A stretch of 54,160 nt of DNA, the filler included, from Basidiobolus ranarum (taxonomy: Eukaryota), in the NCBI GenBank assembly GCA_040143965.1. It is 4 parts of 4 records of this genome, joined end to end, with 100 filler letters (N's around TTAATTAATTAA, not from the genome) between each part and the next. Parts side by side here need not be neighbours in the genome. Positions count along the whole stretch, not along the records: positions 13,592 to 27,061 come from JASJQH010000479.1; positions 27,162 to 40,614 come from JASJQH010000480.1; 2 more parts are not named here. The stretch is one strand, 5' to 3'. The number at the start of each line of letters is the position of its first letter. Within the stretch, counting starts at the first letter, position 1. The notes beneath the pieces were generated by a model. It was not told the DNA's origin, did no database searches, and worked only from the letters and a program-made list of their open reading frames with translations. Shown here piece by piece: positions 22,061-34,599 of this stretch. The translations under genes were made by a program, and so were the position numbers.

Positions 22061-24371
22061 CTAACGCCAGTTACTACGACCACCATAAGGTGAAATAGAG
22101 GAAGGGAATCTAGAATAGGCCTCACGTATCTCATTGATGAAACTATCGCTATTATGAATAGTAGTGCCTCCTAAAACCATTCTAATTCCGGGAATTGAGG
22201 AATTTAGCTGAGCCACCAATTTGGCCTCTTCATAAGTTGCTCCCCCGATCATAAAGATAATAATATCTTGCGGTCTGTAGCAATGTTTCGATTAGAGTTG
22301 AATATGATGGGCTTAGGACAGTTAACTTACTTGTCACGGGTGGAACCATCAACAAAGGGGTAGCTAGTTTCTTTGAGTCTACCTTTGACTAACAGGTCAA
22401 TCGTATTGGCCATATGTGGTGTATGCTGAGTATAAACATTCTCAACCCCCTAAAACAACAAGTTAAAGAATGAGACGTCAAACGAGGCTGGCTTGGATGA
22501 AGTTACATACCTTCAAGCCTTTGAAAACGTTCTTGCCTCTAGAGAAGATATTCTCGTTCTCGAAAAGATCGTCTTGACGTTGATCCGCACCTGCATATTG
22601 CATCACGGTGCCAATAAGCTATTCAACAAAAGAATCTTAATAGCTTAAACATTTGAAAAGCAAGAATGGATAACACTTACCTTGATATCAAGCTCACTGA
22701 TGCCATTTCGATGAAGCAGTTCGATAAGAGTGGTGATCGCGTTGTTGGGTGATTTCTCGTATCTGAGTGCGTACAAAAGAACTAAGCGAACTTTGGCTCG
22801 ATCGGAGATTTTGCTATTTTCGATCATTTTTTGTAATGCCTAACATCACCCATGTACAAAATATCAGTATCGTTTAGAAAAGTACACCACAAACGTACAA
22901 AAAATACCTTAAGATCAGAGGCATGGGATTCATTGCAAGCAAGGCTCTGCTCTAATTCACTGACTTCAAGCAAGTGAAGTTCACTGACAAGTCGACTAAG
23001 CTCTCCAACCAAGGTTACATGCTTGCTTACGTTGCCCGAAAGCTTTCTAAATTCAGGATACTCCTCAACAAATCGTTTCATGTCTGTTACTGACTCGATT
23101 TTGATATTAGATTTGGTTTTGTTCTGATATTCTTCGACATAGGATTTAATGTTAGCGCCTAGATCACCAAAGTTCAGGAATTTGTTCTTTTTGTAAAAAA
23201 GATCTTGGTCAACAGCCAAGACAATTTCCTGAATTTCGAACGGATATCTGCGTTAGGGATATCATACTGTCAGATTTAAGAACATCATATACCTTTAGAT
23301 CCTTCTTGATGTCCGGAACAGAAGAAAGGTCAACGCGGCCATTGTAAATGCCAAGCATTTCATGAACCATGGCTTGATATGTCCATTGAGTTAGTAATGG
23401 TGTCACTGGGTCATTTCTACGATCCAAAATTAACAATATGGGTGGGGTATCAGCACGTCTGAACTCAAACAGTTGGCTCTCCTGTTGAATTTGATACTAG
23501 ATCCATATAAATAAGCAAGTTTTAGTTACATACTAATATAGGGCATCTCTAGAACAAAAAAATGAACCAACGTGAATTTCCTGTGCTAATGTTTTCGCCA
23601 TTGTACTCATTTTTTCATAACGGATTAGCGGTTTCTTTTTCAAGGCGAGAAGTGAAGCCATCACACCTTCTACAGATCTTTGAAAAGCCCTTCCTTCCCA
23701 CGCTTGAGGCGAATCTCCATAAATGGGCATATGCTTTGGAAGGTTTAAAGAGTACAAGTCGGGATTGATGGCACTGAAATCAGCATAGAATTCCTATAGC
23801 GTACAAGTTAAAAAGAGTTTCGGAGGACAGTTATTACTCTGACTAACCTGAAGTTCTCGAACCACCTCATTCTCATCTACCTCAGCCAGTCTTTCAATCA
23901 CAGTTTTTTTTAAGATATTACTGAAATCTGCATGACACTTATAGTGTAAGTAAAGGTTAAACAATTCATATAAACCGAGAGAAGAAATACGTACATAAGT
24001 GATACTCTCCATATTTTGGATCCCGAAGTTCGTCAATTAAATGCTGTACTGATTCGTGGCTAGGTCGAAGAAAGCACACACACTTCAGATGTTTCATCTT
24101 TTCGCGTCCTTTATTATCAATACGATCGACTAAATAAGTTTCGTGTGCTAAAAGGAATGATTGAGTAGCTACGACGGATACTATCGGGGTCTATTTTGAA
24201 TTATTATCAATTTTTGAGGAAAAAGAGACATTAGTTGAACACCTCTATTAGTCTTGAAAATAAATATGTAAGGCATCTTACGGTTTCCACATCCAAGAGC
24301 AGTACTTTCATCCCCGAGACATTGTCAACCATCTTGGTTATGTAACTTTGTACGTTTTTGATGAGGTCCAT
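22061..24371 (-). CDS. VPS45: Sec1/Munc18 family protein Vps45, about 10 exons
   Basis: [10 protein letters not shown] start region, [54 protein letters not shown] and LGGTTIHNS. Confidence 0.95.
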
Positions 24372-25083
24372 GGTGTTCAAAATGCAATCTAAACCTATTT
24401 GCTTAGAACCAAGCCTTTAAGAATAAGGAGTATGAAGAGGGGTAGGTGTACAAGTTTGGCAGGATATGTGAAGCCACCTTAGTTGACAACTGTGGGTAAG
24501 ATAAAATCAACATGTAAAATAAGACTCAACACGATCTAATTAATGCAACATTTTTAATCAACATCCGACCAATCAATACGGATAATTAGTGACTAAATAC
24601 TCCAAAGCAGCATGGCATTTTGAATTGTATATTTTCAAAATTTGTGGTATATGCATATGATTGACCCAATCCCAATAACACACGATTTAACCGATTTCCT
24701 AACACAAATAGTAATAGAGATATCTCCCCAAGATTGATAATGGTATATAGATCTTGACTCCGCAGCTTAAGCAACTTCATAACCATCTCTATCGAGTTGG
24801 AAAAATTTCATACCCGAGTTTTGATTGGTCATATTGAATTTAGAGCAAAATTTAGTCCTTCTATATACCTCAAGGGGATTTACCCTATCTCATTGCTGCT
24901 CAAAAAGACTCTTATCAGTTCAGTTTGGTGACGTTGAAAACCAATTCACCTTTATAAGATTGCTTGAAGGTACTGTTTATATTCTTCAGCAATAGTGTAG
25001 TTAATCTTTACGAAGCGGTTCATAATTGCTTACCAAGACGCTTTATCATTTAAATAGTGTATAATTATTCAGCAAAATAGAAC

Positions 25084-27061
25084 ATGAGCGCATTTCTCAA
25101 CCGGTCTACGTCAAATGTGCGTTTATTTATGCGTACGAACTCAATCCTCGGTAGACATACCCAAAAACCATTGAGTTCCAAATTTCTCCTCAACGACTTT
25201 CGTATCTCCTCATATCTTCCTCAAAAGCGGTATATCTCAGATAAGCCGGGAAAGGAAACCAAGCCTGAAGAATCTAGCTTCATTCCTAAAGGTTTCGAAG
25301 GCTTTTTCGGAAAATCCGCTAAACCTCTAGCTGAGAGCAAAAACGTCAAAGAAGGTGTTCCTAGAGGTGGCCCCACACCGCCTCAAGGCCCACAAAACTT
25401 CTTTAATAGCAATAATATCGTTCCCCTTGCTGTTTCCGCTTACTTGGTTTATTCACTTACCTCATCCAAAGGTAACGTCCAAGAGATCACTTGGCAAGAA
25501 TTCCGAAACAACTACTTAGATCGTGGACTAGTTGAGAAATTAACTGTCGTCAACAAAAACCGTGTTCGCGTTCAACTTATTCACAGTGGAAGTCGTGCAG
25601 GAAATGAAGGAGTTCGTCCCGGAAACGTTATTATGTTTAATATTGGCTCCATCGATTCTTTTGAAAAGAAATTAGAGGATGCACAAAGTGAATTGAATAT
25701 TCCCTCTAATGAGAGAATTCCTGTTGCATATCATGATGAAGTCAATGTGGTTGGAACCCTCTTACATTTCGCACCTACCCTTCTTTTGATCGGTATGATA
25801 TATTACATGAGCCGTCGAGCTGGTGGAGCTGGTGGTGGAGCTCAAGGAATATTTGGAATTGGTAAATCTAAAGCCAAATTGTTCAATCACGAAACCGACA
25901 TTAAAGTGAAGTTCAAGGATGTTGCCGGTATGGATGAAGCAAAAGAAGAAATTATGGAATTTGTGAGATTCCTGAAAGATCCCAAACTCTATGAACAATT
26001 AGGTGCAAAGCTCCCCAAAGGTGCCATTCTCAGTGGACCTCCTGGTACTGGTAAAACACTTTTGGCCAAAGCTACCGCTGGAGAGGCTGGAGTTCCTTTC
26101 CTTAGTGTTTCCGGATCAGAGTTTGTAGAGATGTTCGTGGGTGTTGGTCCTTCTCGTGTTCGTGATCTATTTGCCAATGCTAAGAAAAATGCACCTTGCA
26201 TCATCTTTGTGGATGAAATTGATGCTATTGGTAAGGCTCGTGGAAAAGGTGGCCAATTTGGTGGTAATGACGAACGTGAAAGTACCCTCAACCAGCTCTT
26301 GGTGGAGATGGATGGATTCAACTCTCATGAGCATGTTGTTGTTCTTGCTGGTACCAATAGGCCCGATGTCTTGGACCCTGCTTTGATGCGTCCTGGCCGC
26401 TTCGATCGTCATATCAGCATTGATAGGCCCGATATTAAAGGTCGAAGTGCTATATTTAAGGTTCATTTGAAGCCCATCAAAACTTCGGCAGATCTTGAAA
26501 AACTTGCCAACAAAATGGCTGCCCTTACCCCTGGCTTCTCGGGAGCTGATATTTCCAACGTCTGTAATGAAGCCGCCTTAATTGCCGCACGTCGCTTAAA
26601 ATCCGAGGTTACGGAGGAAGATTTCGAAGCAGCTATTGAGAGAGTTATTGCTGGTTTGGAGAAAAAGTCGAGAGTTCTTTCTCCTGAAGAAAAGAAAACA
26701 GTCGCCTATCATGAAGCTGGTCATGCCGTAGCTGGTTGGTTTTTGCAACACGCAGACCCTCTATTGAAAGTATCCATCATTCCTCGTGGTGTCGGTGCTC
26801 TGGGTTATGCACAATACCTACCAAAGGATCAATACCTCTACTCTGTTGATCAACTTCTAGATAGAATGTGCATGACTCTTGGTGGTCGCGTTTCAGAACA
26901 AATTTTCTTCAGCACCATCACTACCGGTGCTCAGGATGACCTCCAGAAAGTCACTAAAATGGCTTATGCTCAGATCACCACCTTCTGTATGAAGGATGTA
27001 GTAGGTAATGTCTGCTATACTTCACCTAGTGAGGTGCAACAATTCCAAAAACCATATTCTG
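25084..27061 (+). CDS. AFG3: Mitochondrial m-AAA protease subunit (AFG3/YTA12, FtsH family); 3' end lost in the gap
   Basis: N-terminal presequence, two TM segments, [20 protein letters not shown] and HEAGH zinc motif. AFG3 versus YTA12 cannot be resolved by eye. Confidence 0.92.
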
Positions 27062-27161
27062 NNNNNNNNNNNNNNNNNNNNNNNNNNNNNNNNNNNNNNN
27101 NNNNNTTAATTAATTAANNNNNNNNNNNNNNNNNNNNNNNNNNNNNNNNNNNNNNNNNNNN
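27062..27161. other. Artificial contig linker
   Basis: N run with central TTAATTAATTAA. Confidence 0.95.
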
Positions 27162-29385
27162 GATATTCTGAATTTATTTTTAGGAAAGCTTCAAGTCATA
27201 ATTCTTGATGAGATAGTTCAAGATATACAGTATTATTGTTTTAGCCATGGGGTAATCTATTCAAGCAATGACACCTCTACTTGTGGGAGGGCATTTGTTG
27301 ACTGCAAGTTGGGGATATATTGGCTTAATCTTTAAGGAAATTTGCAAAAATCCAAGAGCTTATTCTCATCATGAATGGCAACAAGAGTCAACTATTTGCT
27401 AAGTGTCAGTGCTATTCAAAATTTCAGATGTTTAGCAATTTTTCCAACATTAGTTTGCTGGCAGAGTATATTAATGTTATTGAATTATGTCTGATCAGTC
27501 AAGTAAGTGTATTTTAAGACACTAAACACAACAAGATTCTTGTATTTTTTGATTCTTATTATGGCTAAAATAGAAAGTCTAAAATGTCTAAATAAAGGCA
27601 TGCATATATATTCCAATACTTATTGCAGTAAGCCCAGTAATTTGTCAAGTGAAGATTGGTTTTTTTCAAGAATTGTAGGAAATTGAATAAGATGTGTCAA
27701 ATATTGAGGATTATTATTTCAGCATGTGTGATTATTGTTGCAATGCCACTAGGAAGCCACACTCATATCATCAAAAGCTCTAGCAAAGTATTAGCCATCA
27801 ATAATGTGATGGTCCTCTGCTGTATATGTGCTCCACCTTGGTGGATCCAACTGTGAGGGAGACTACCATTAAAGCAAGCCTACATACTCCACCTATACAT
27901 CTCAAGAAGCATTTTTACTTTCTTGTTGCTTATATTTTAATTTCCATAACTTAATTACCCATAATTTATAACTAGGCATATCACACTGGCAGTAATATCC
28001 ACTGTTATCTGAGTTTTTTTAGTATTTGATACATTTGTTTTAATATTTTGTTGAATAGTTGAGCCACTCCTAAATCATTCCACAAGGTTCTAAGAATATT
28101 CAACATTTGATGTGGACTTTTACCAATTGAAAGTTGATTCTACCAGAATTTTACATGACTGCTGGGACTACTCTGCAATCACTTGGAATATTCCATTGCA
28201 ACTGCAAAAGGCAAAAAGAAGAAAACTCTTCATTGGAGATTCATTGAATCAAAAAGCTGAAGATTGGAGAAAAGGTTTAATATTGTGATGAGGAGTGTGC
28301 AGATCTCAAGGAAACTATCAGAAATATTGCTGGATATAGCATTCATAGCAGAAAAAATGAGCAAGTGCATAGGCGAGGGGTACACAATCATTGTTGGACC
28401 ATTTTCATATTTCTTCTCCCGGGTTTCCCACAGCCAATGGCTACCACATATCATTGTACTCTCTATACAGCATGTGAAGAATGTGAGTGACTCAACTATT
28501 ATACAAGCCCATATACTTGAACTAGGCAGCAAAAGAAACCATACCCAGCACAGTAGCCAGCTGGCAGCTTGCAATCTCTGTTTTTGAAAAATTTGGATAG
28601 TAAGATTACTGCTAATCAAAGTAGTTCAAGATCTGCTAAATCAAAAGCAACCAGCCTGGTCTCTTTTCTTGCAGAAACTGGCTGGACTTGCACCTGGTAC
28701 AACTGATCAAACCAACTTTGATGTAAAATTAATTTGATAATGGTACATTAGTGTTGGATTCCTTCCACTTTGGAAAAAGCTTCAGCGGGAGTATGCTGAT
28801 TGAAAGATTAAGGCTTCTTAAGCTGCCAATACAATGTAAAAGTAGAGATGCTGCTCTTTGCACTCTGTGATACAGCAATTGTCTTGGTTACTCTAAAACA
28901 AAATTATTGTAATTTTGTTCTAATATCCCCAATCAGAGTTGTAGCTCCATTTTTCCATCAAAAGAGTAGATTGTTACTGCAAATATAGCATGTATATGAC
29001 TATTTGAGCTGCTCAGCATCATTATAAAATGTCATTAAATGAACTGGAGACTAAATAAAAACTTTGACATGGATTTGAGTAATAGTTGGCATAACTGTGT
29101 AAAGCAATCTTAATGGACTATATTTGACTGACAGGTGTGTAGCTTTATGGAATGTGCATGTGAAAATAGTGAGAGACTTTGTAACACCATCCTTTCGTTG
29201 ACTTGGTAGTATTTGACGAAATCTTTGTCCTGTATTCAGGAGGGAATAGGGTGCAGTGACACTCATGAGGAAACAAGATCTCAGAATTTCCAGAATCATG
29301 ATATATAGCTATTGCTAGAGTACTTTGACACCCTTTTGGTAGTAGTATGGAGAACTAGACATCTTGGTGATTCTTCACTTATTGA
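27162..29385 (-). pseudogene. Unclassified decayed, CpG-depleted coding-like repeat
   Basis: Very few CpG in 2.2 kb. One minus-strand frame around 28100-28460 is broken mainly by TGA/TAG stops. Bordered by an LTR fragment. Confidence 0.35.
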
Positions 29386-29389
29386 TGTA

Positions 29390-29595
29390 TTGAGTATATG
29401 GGTCATATGGGCACAGTTTGGAGCTTCTAGCCCTAGCTTGAAAAAATCTATATATCTGAGATCTTTTAAGCTGGTTTAAGTTATCTAAGTATATTCCGAT
29501 TGAGAATAATTGGGGATAGCTTATATAATATAGGATAACTATATACTAAGCTATATATGGTCATATTGGTGCTTAGGCGATTTGAAGTTGATATT
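29390..29595 (-). mobile_element. Family A LTR fragment
   Basis: Reverse complement aligns with 37263-37470 (cctaagcac...tatagcttagta...attattctcaatcggaat...gctagaagctccaaactgtgcccatatg). Confidence 0.7.
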
Positions 29596-30553
29596 AAAAA
29601 ATTCAGAGAATCAAACGAACCAGGACCTTAAAAATCGAGGTCCATCTTGAGCATCTGATTTCAGCCAACTTTTAAAACATATCAATTTTAAAAATATTAG
29701 CAAGTATTGTTGCGAAAAGTTGTTGATAATAAGACTCACTTATATGTTAAATGTTGTAATATTGGAAGGATAACTTTTTTCAAGAATTTCACCAGTCAAA
29801 GTGAATCATGTCACAAAAAACTTGGCAATTAATATCATATCATATGATGTTTGAAGAGGGATAGGAATCATCTCTCAATCATCCAATAGAATCTCGTCTT
29901 GGCAAGGTGCTATTTGGTAGAAGTGGGAATTCAAAGATTTTCATGCTGAAATTGAATAGAATTTTCTTACAACATTTGTTAATATAGATGGACAAATATG
30001 GCATCAATGATTCTAAGCGATGAATGCACTCACCCAATTTCAGGGTAGTCATTTACTCTGGCTCATATATGGTCATGGTTGTACAAATTCATCTAGGTGG
30101 TACTAAAATGGGTAATATATATATTTTATCTTGGCTTAAAAAAGCAATCCTGTGTCTACCAAGTATTTTCTACAGTCAAGTGATGCTCTTCGGGTAGAAG
30201 AGGGAGTTCATACATTGGGCAGTTAAGTAAGATGGGTCGTATAAGGGAAGTTGAGGAGATAATAATGTGACTAGTAGGGGGAGGAGTTCGGATGCATTGG
30301 TGTTGTTCGTAGGATAAAGGAAGTATGTGTTGGATAGAGTTAAAGTAAGGTCGGGTTAAATTGAGCGGGGTTGGTTGAGGAAAATGAGAAATGAAACTAT
30401 ATTAAGTGGAGTCGACAAAAAAACGAATACTATACAAGATGCTGGTTCGAGGGAAACAAAAAAAGAAAAAGGATATTGAATATCTTTCACTACATCGAAC
30501 AACAAATCCATGGTAATACGTATGGATGGTGGTGTGATCGCGTTAATACAAAT

Positions 30554-31078
30554 TTAGTTTACATATTTCATTTTCGACAGTTCAGAGAGGTCTTGTCCCC
30601 AGCTCAGGCCACCCACGAACTGCTCAACGTCATCCAACTCTTCTTGACTGTCGATGAGAATATTTATTGACCTGAATAGATACGATTGCGCCTGCTCCAG
30701 CTGGTTGAGCTGACCCAATATCCGGTTGTCTAGTGACCATACCGATGGGGCGTAGGATAGATAGGAGACTGTGGAAGGGCGTTTCTCCAGGATGGGCTTG
30801 ACGTCAATAGGGATTATGGTGTGGTTAGGTGTGATTTCAGTTACTTCTTGATTATTATGTGAGTAATCAATGGAAGAGTAGTTAGATTGAATGGTAGAGA
30901 TTAACGGGGGGTTAGATTCCTTGGTCTTCGTCAGACACCGACATAGGCTCTCCCAGATGTGATTTAATAGCGCTACTATGAATAGGACCATCTCAGTGAG
31001 AACACGCACACCTGGGACATAAAAGAAAGCCCAGGTTTCTTCTTGTTGTTTGTCATTAATGTATATATTTTCCACCAT
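30554..31078 (-). CDS. Hypothetical 174-aa protein with an N-terminal hydrophobic segment and a helical C-terminus
   Basis: Uninterrupted ATG ORF with normal CpG content, TATA-like element near 31250 and pyrimidine-rich leader and trailer on the minus strand. No family recognised. Confidence 0.6.
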   Translation of the reverse strand: MVENIYINDKQQEETWAFFYVPGVRVLTEMVLFIVALLNHIWESLCRCLTKTKESNPPLISTIQSNYSSIDYSHNNQEVTEITPNHTIIPIDVKPILEKRPSTVSYLSYAPSVWSLDNRILGQLNQLEQAQSYLFRSINILIDSQEELDDVEQFVGGLSWGQDLSELSKMKYVN

Positions 31079-34000
31079 TATACGAGGTTTATTGTGTATG
31101 AATTAAAGGCGAAGGTTGGAAGTGGGAATGTGGGGAGGATAGCGGGAATGAGTCGATAAACGTCAGATGTAGAGACAAGGGAAAGGTTTAAAGTTTGTTA
31201 GTTACAGAAGCTAAGACGAGTGAGGTTGAGGGAACCAAGCGAGATGGTTATATAGTTGTTTGCCTTTCAACAATATACTGCCTATATGCTTGATGGATGT
31301 TGGGGTCATATTTCCATTCGCTACTAAATAAGGAGATTGGATCCTAAGTAGCTCCAGAGCGATTGGATGGCCGCTAAACGTAAATGTGCATTAGATTGAT
31401 ACATATTTAATGACAGGCCAATTAAACAATAAGAAGAGCAATTTAAATAGCATTCCTAAACCTTAATCTCGAGAGAGAAAATGATGGAACTGACGATTTG
31501 GACAGCGAAAGTCATCAGTGGGATGCATGCAGACAGTCCTCAGACTAGATGTACCCTAGAAACAACGGATCAACGGGAGAGCGATAACCGGTTTGGCTGA
31601 GAGAACCAAGTCAGCACTAATTGTTCATGCCAACCCATGACATTCCATGATGAAACCATCATTTGGGTTCTGGTCAGGTCTTGGTCAAACCCCGGATCGA
31701 TTTCCATTGAGCGATCACAATCGGTTGAGAAAGAGACTCAGCTCCATCCATCTTTATTTCCAGTGTCTGAGTCCAGCGTAGTAACTAATTAAAAGTTTGG
31801 TTTAAGAAACGCCACTCTATATGGGAGAGGATCATGTGAGTGGCAGGGCTTCTCTCTATGCATCATTCGTGGCCAGTCCTTCTCTGCGGATAGCGAGCAG
31901 TGCTCTCAGTTTGGATCCACACGGTATAGCCGTATCTACGCACAATGGGGAAAGTGGCAACTACTTAAGTTCCGAAGGACTGTGATCGCTTCTCCTACAT
32001 ATTGTCATACAAATATTCCTCATCTGACCTGCTGGATGGCAATCTACCATTGTTTGGAAGTGAATATGACGCAACATCCTAATCGAGGTATCCTTCATTA
32101 TCGAGCTGCATAATTCTGTGGAATGTCTTGATTATTACCTAGGATTTAGTCGCTGATAGTAAATAGTAACTTGGAATATGGAGATGTAATCGGCGCTATC
32201 TAGTGCATGCAAGTAGCCTCTAACTTGGCAAGGTCCCAGAATGATCTTTCTTCACAGGTGCTTACCAGAAAGTGACCGAATAGTGATCCAATGGGCGCTG
32301 TAAGTCAGATTTTCCAATTGCACCGGCATTGATTGGAGTATATTATTACTTCTGGCCATTAGTCTCACAATGAAACGTGGCTGGTATAATGGGCAATACG
32401 GGGTGTTTGCGAATGTGCTTAGATTACTGCTAGCATTCTACATAGTCCTTACAAATGTGGACTGCCTAGCAAAGGTTTTCCTCTACGCATAACTCCAGCC
32501 GCTGCGCCAGGAGGTAAGCCACCATGTATCCAATTGCCCATCAATATACGCCTCAGGCGTCTTATTCAGTGTTTCAAGTATGAGCGCCAGTACAGACTAT
32601 CCATGTTGTGAGGCTCTTTCGGCATCTCAAGTTGCGAACTCTCTTTAGTTATTTGATAGCTAGTTTTTTGCCTCGCTGATTTCCATCGCTAAGCTGTGTA
32701 TATGGATACAATGACATTTACTAGATTCTCGATAAAACGTGATATTATCGCAAAATATGCTTCTAGATGATTGGATGGCATCGGCTATTCTGTATAGGTG
32801 GATAAATGTCATTGGCTGTGTAGATATGAGGTTTAATGAATTATCCAAGACAAATAGGAAGTAGTGAATTAGGGGACCTGCCTGATATGGGAGAGCGGTC
32901 AGTCCTTACAATGTACCATACGGCTGCCATATTCATATTAATGCTGAAGATTATGTCAAACTGCAACTGTAATCGTGTTGCATGGAGTTATGAAGTAACT
33001 TAGTGTCTGGTAAGCATAGTGACTATGGAACACTTAGGGTTAGCTGACTAGGGTACTGAAAATAACCTTATACATACATCCAGTACTCACCTTTAAGCTC
33101 CATCGGATTAAGTACACCGCAGTAGAGATGTTGCATGGAGCGATTTCATGTGGTTCACAAGCTATTTTCTGGCCGTAGAATTGGTGTTGGATACATGCAT
33201 GTTATTGGTGTTAGTTTTGTTTCTTCTTGCTGAGAGCACTACGCTCACCAGCCTTTTGGAATGTTTGTTGCATGCAACATCGGGGCATTGACTTAAAACA
33301 ATGGACCGCCTCCCTTACCTCCATTGTTTCTTATTATTTTCCTTTTTAGACTTCGCATCTTCTATATGTTTCATGGAACCCACTGATTTCAAACATTGCA
33401 ACAAGCGGGGCACCTGCGTGGCAGCTCCATTTCGCTCTCTTAGTGGCCGGGAGTTGATGATTCATTTTGACCTTATCATCAGTCTGTCAATAAGTCTGTG
33501 GGATTGCTATGGTGGCTTCGATTTAATTTGACTGGCATAGATTGTTTCCATTCTACAACTGAGGCACATCACTGAAAATATAGGTAAGATAACGTTCAGA
33601 ATAGCCTGCTTCAAGCACTGGATTACCCAATTGTGTACTCAACCAATCCAGTTCTTTACTTCATGAACTTGAAATAGATCAATACATGTATTTACTTCGG
33701 TGATGTTGCTGTGAAGTGTAATCATCTTGAAACAAATCCACTATATTTATAACATCAGTACATTAATTTTATGACCCTTCGCCATAGTAATGATTTTCAA
33801 TCAAAATTTAGTGCACACATTCCCGGTTTACCAGGTGAAAGTCACAAAAGGAAAGGCGGATATGTGGCGAAGCCCTCTATTATCTCTGCACGATTGTCAT
33901 AATGCTCTAGGGATTAATTCAGTCTTAACTTCTATGGAACAATGTTACTAATAGTAAGGGCTCTTTGAAATAGATAAGTAAAGATTGAGTACTTCTACAA

Positions 34001-34599
34001 TGCTAGGGTGAGAATTAAAAAGATTATTTTTTCTCAACATTCCATGCGCTTACCGTGCTTTTTTGTGGTCAAATATGCACAAGATAGACACTAGGATGAG
34101 GAGTAATGTGTACATATATCTAATTACCAAACTAAATTTGGGATCCGTTGTCATGTGTTTTATAGAAGTTTAGCAGTTATGTAATCTCATTTTTATTCAA
34201 ATACTGTTGTTCAAATACCAGACATCTATATCACTTCAAATTTGTTTGAGATTCTGTGAAGACTTCGTGAAAGCTCTAGTAAATATGCTGATAAATTATT
34301 CGAGTGGATAACTCCTGGATACAACTGCAGTAATACTCGGAATACTAGATATTCATACATTTTCAAATGAACGCTATGCAGTATCAAATACTTACATTTT
34401 ATCTCAGTTCACATCTTGACTATATTGTTGTGCACTCTCATGCATTTATCAGAGACTGTATTGCTCGCGATGAAAGCTCACTCTCTTCAGTTACTGGAAG
34501 TTACAAGGTAATTCATATCTATTGTGTTACCAATATCAAGTATAATGCAAGAACTCTCATAATATTGCAGAGAAAACTTTCAAATACAGTCTAGAAGAA

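Noticed and set aside
25762-26466. Several ORFs overlapping AFG3; similar ones overlap RRP3, BNA6, DMA1 and the filamin-repeat gene
   Set aside because: Antisense or off-frame by-products of real coding sequence.
31188-31196. TTAAAGTTT (Wor1-type binding motif) here and at 9843-9851
   Set aside because: An AT-rich 9-mer is expected about this often by chance, and neither copy lies upstream of the WOPR gene.
33033-33043. Short TTAGGGTTAG matches here and near 3665
   Set aside because: They lack the CAGTTTC junction and the partner TTAGGGGCAGA end; short enough to be chance.
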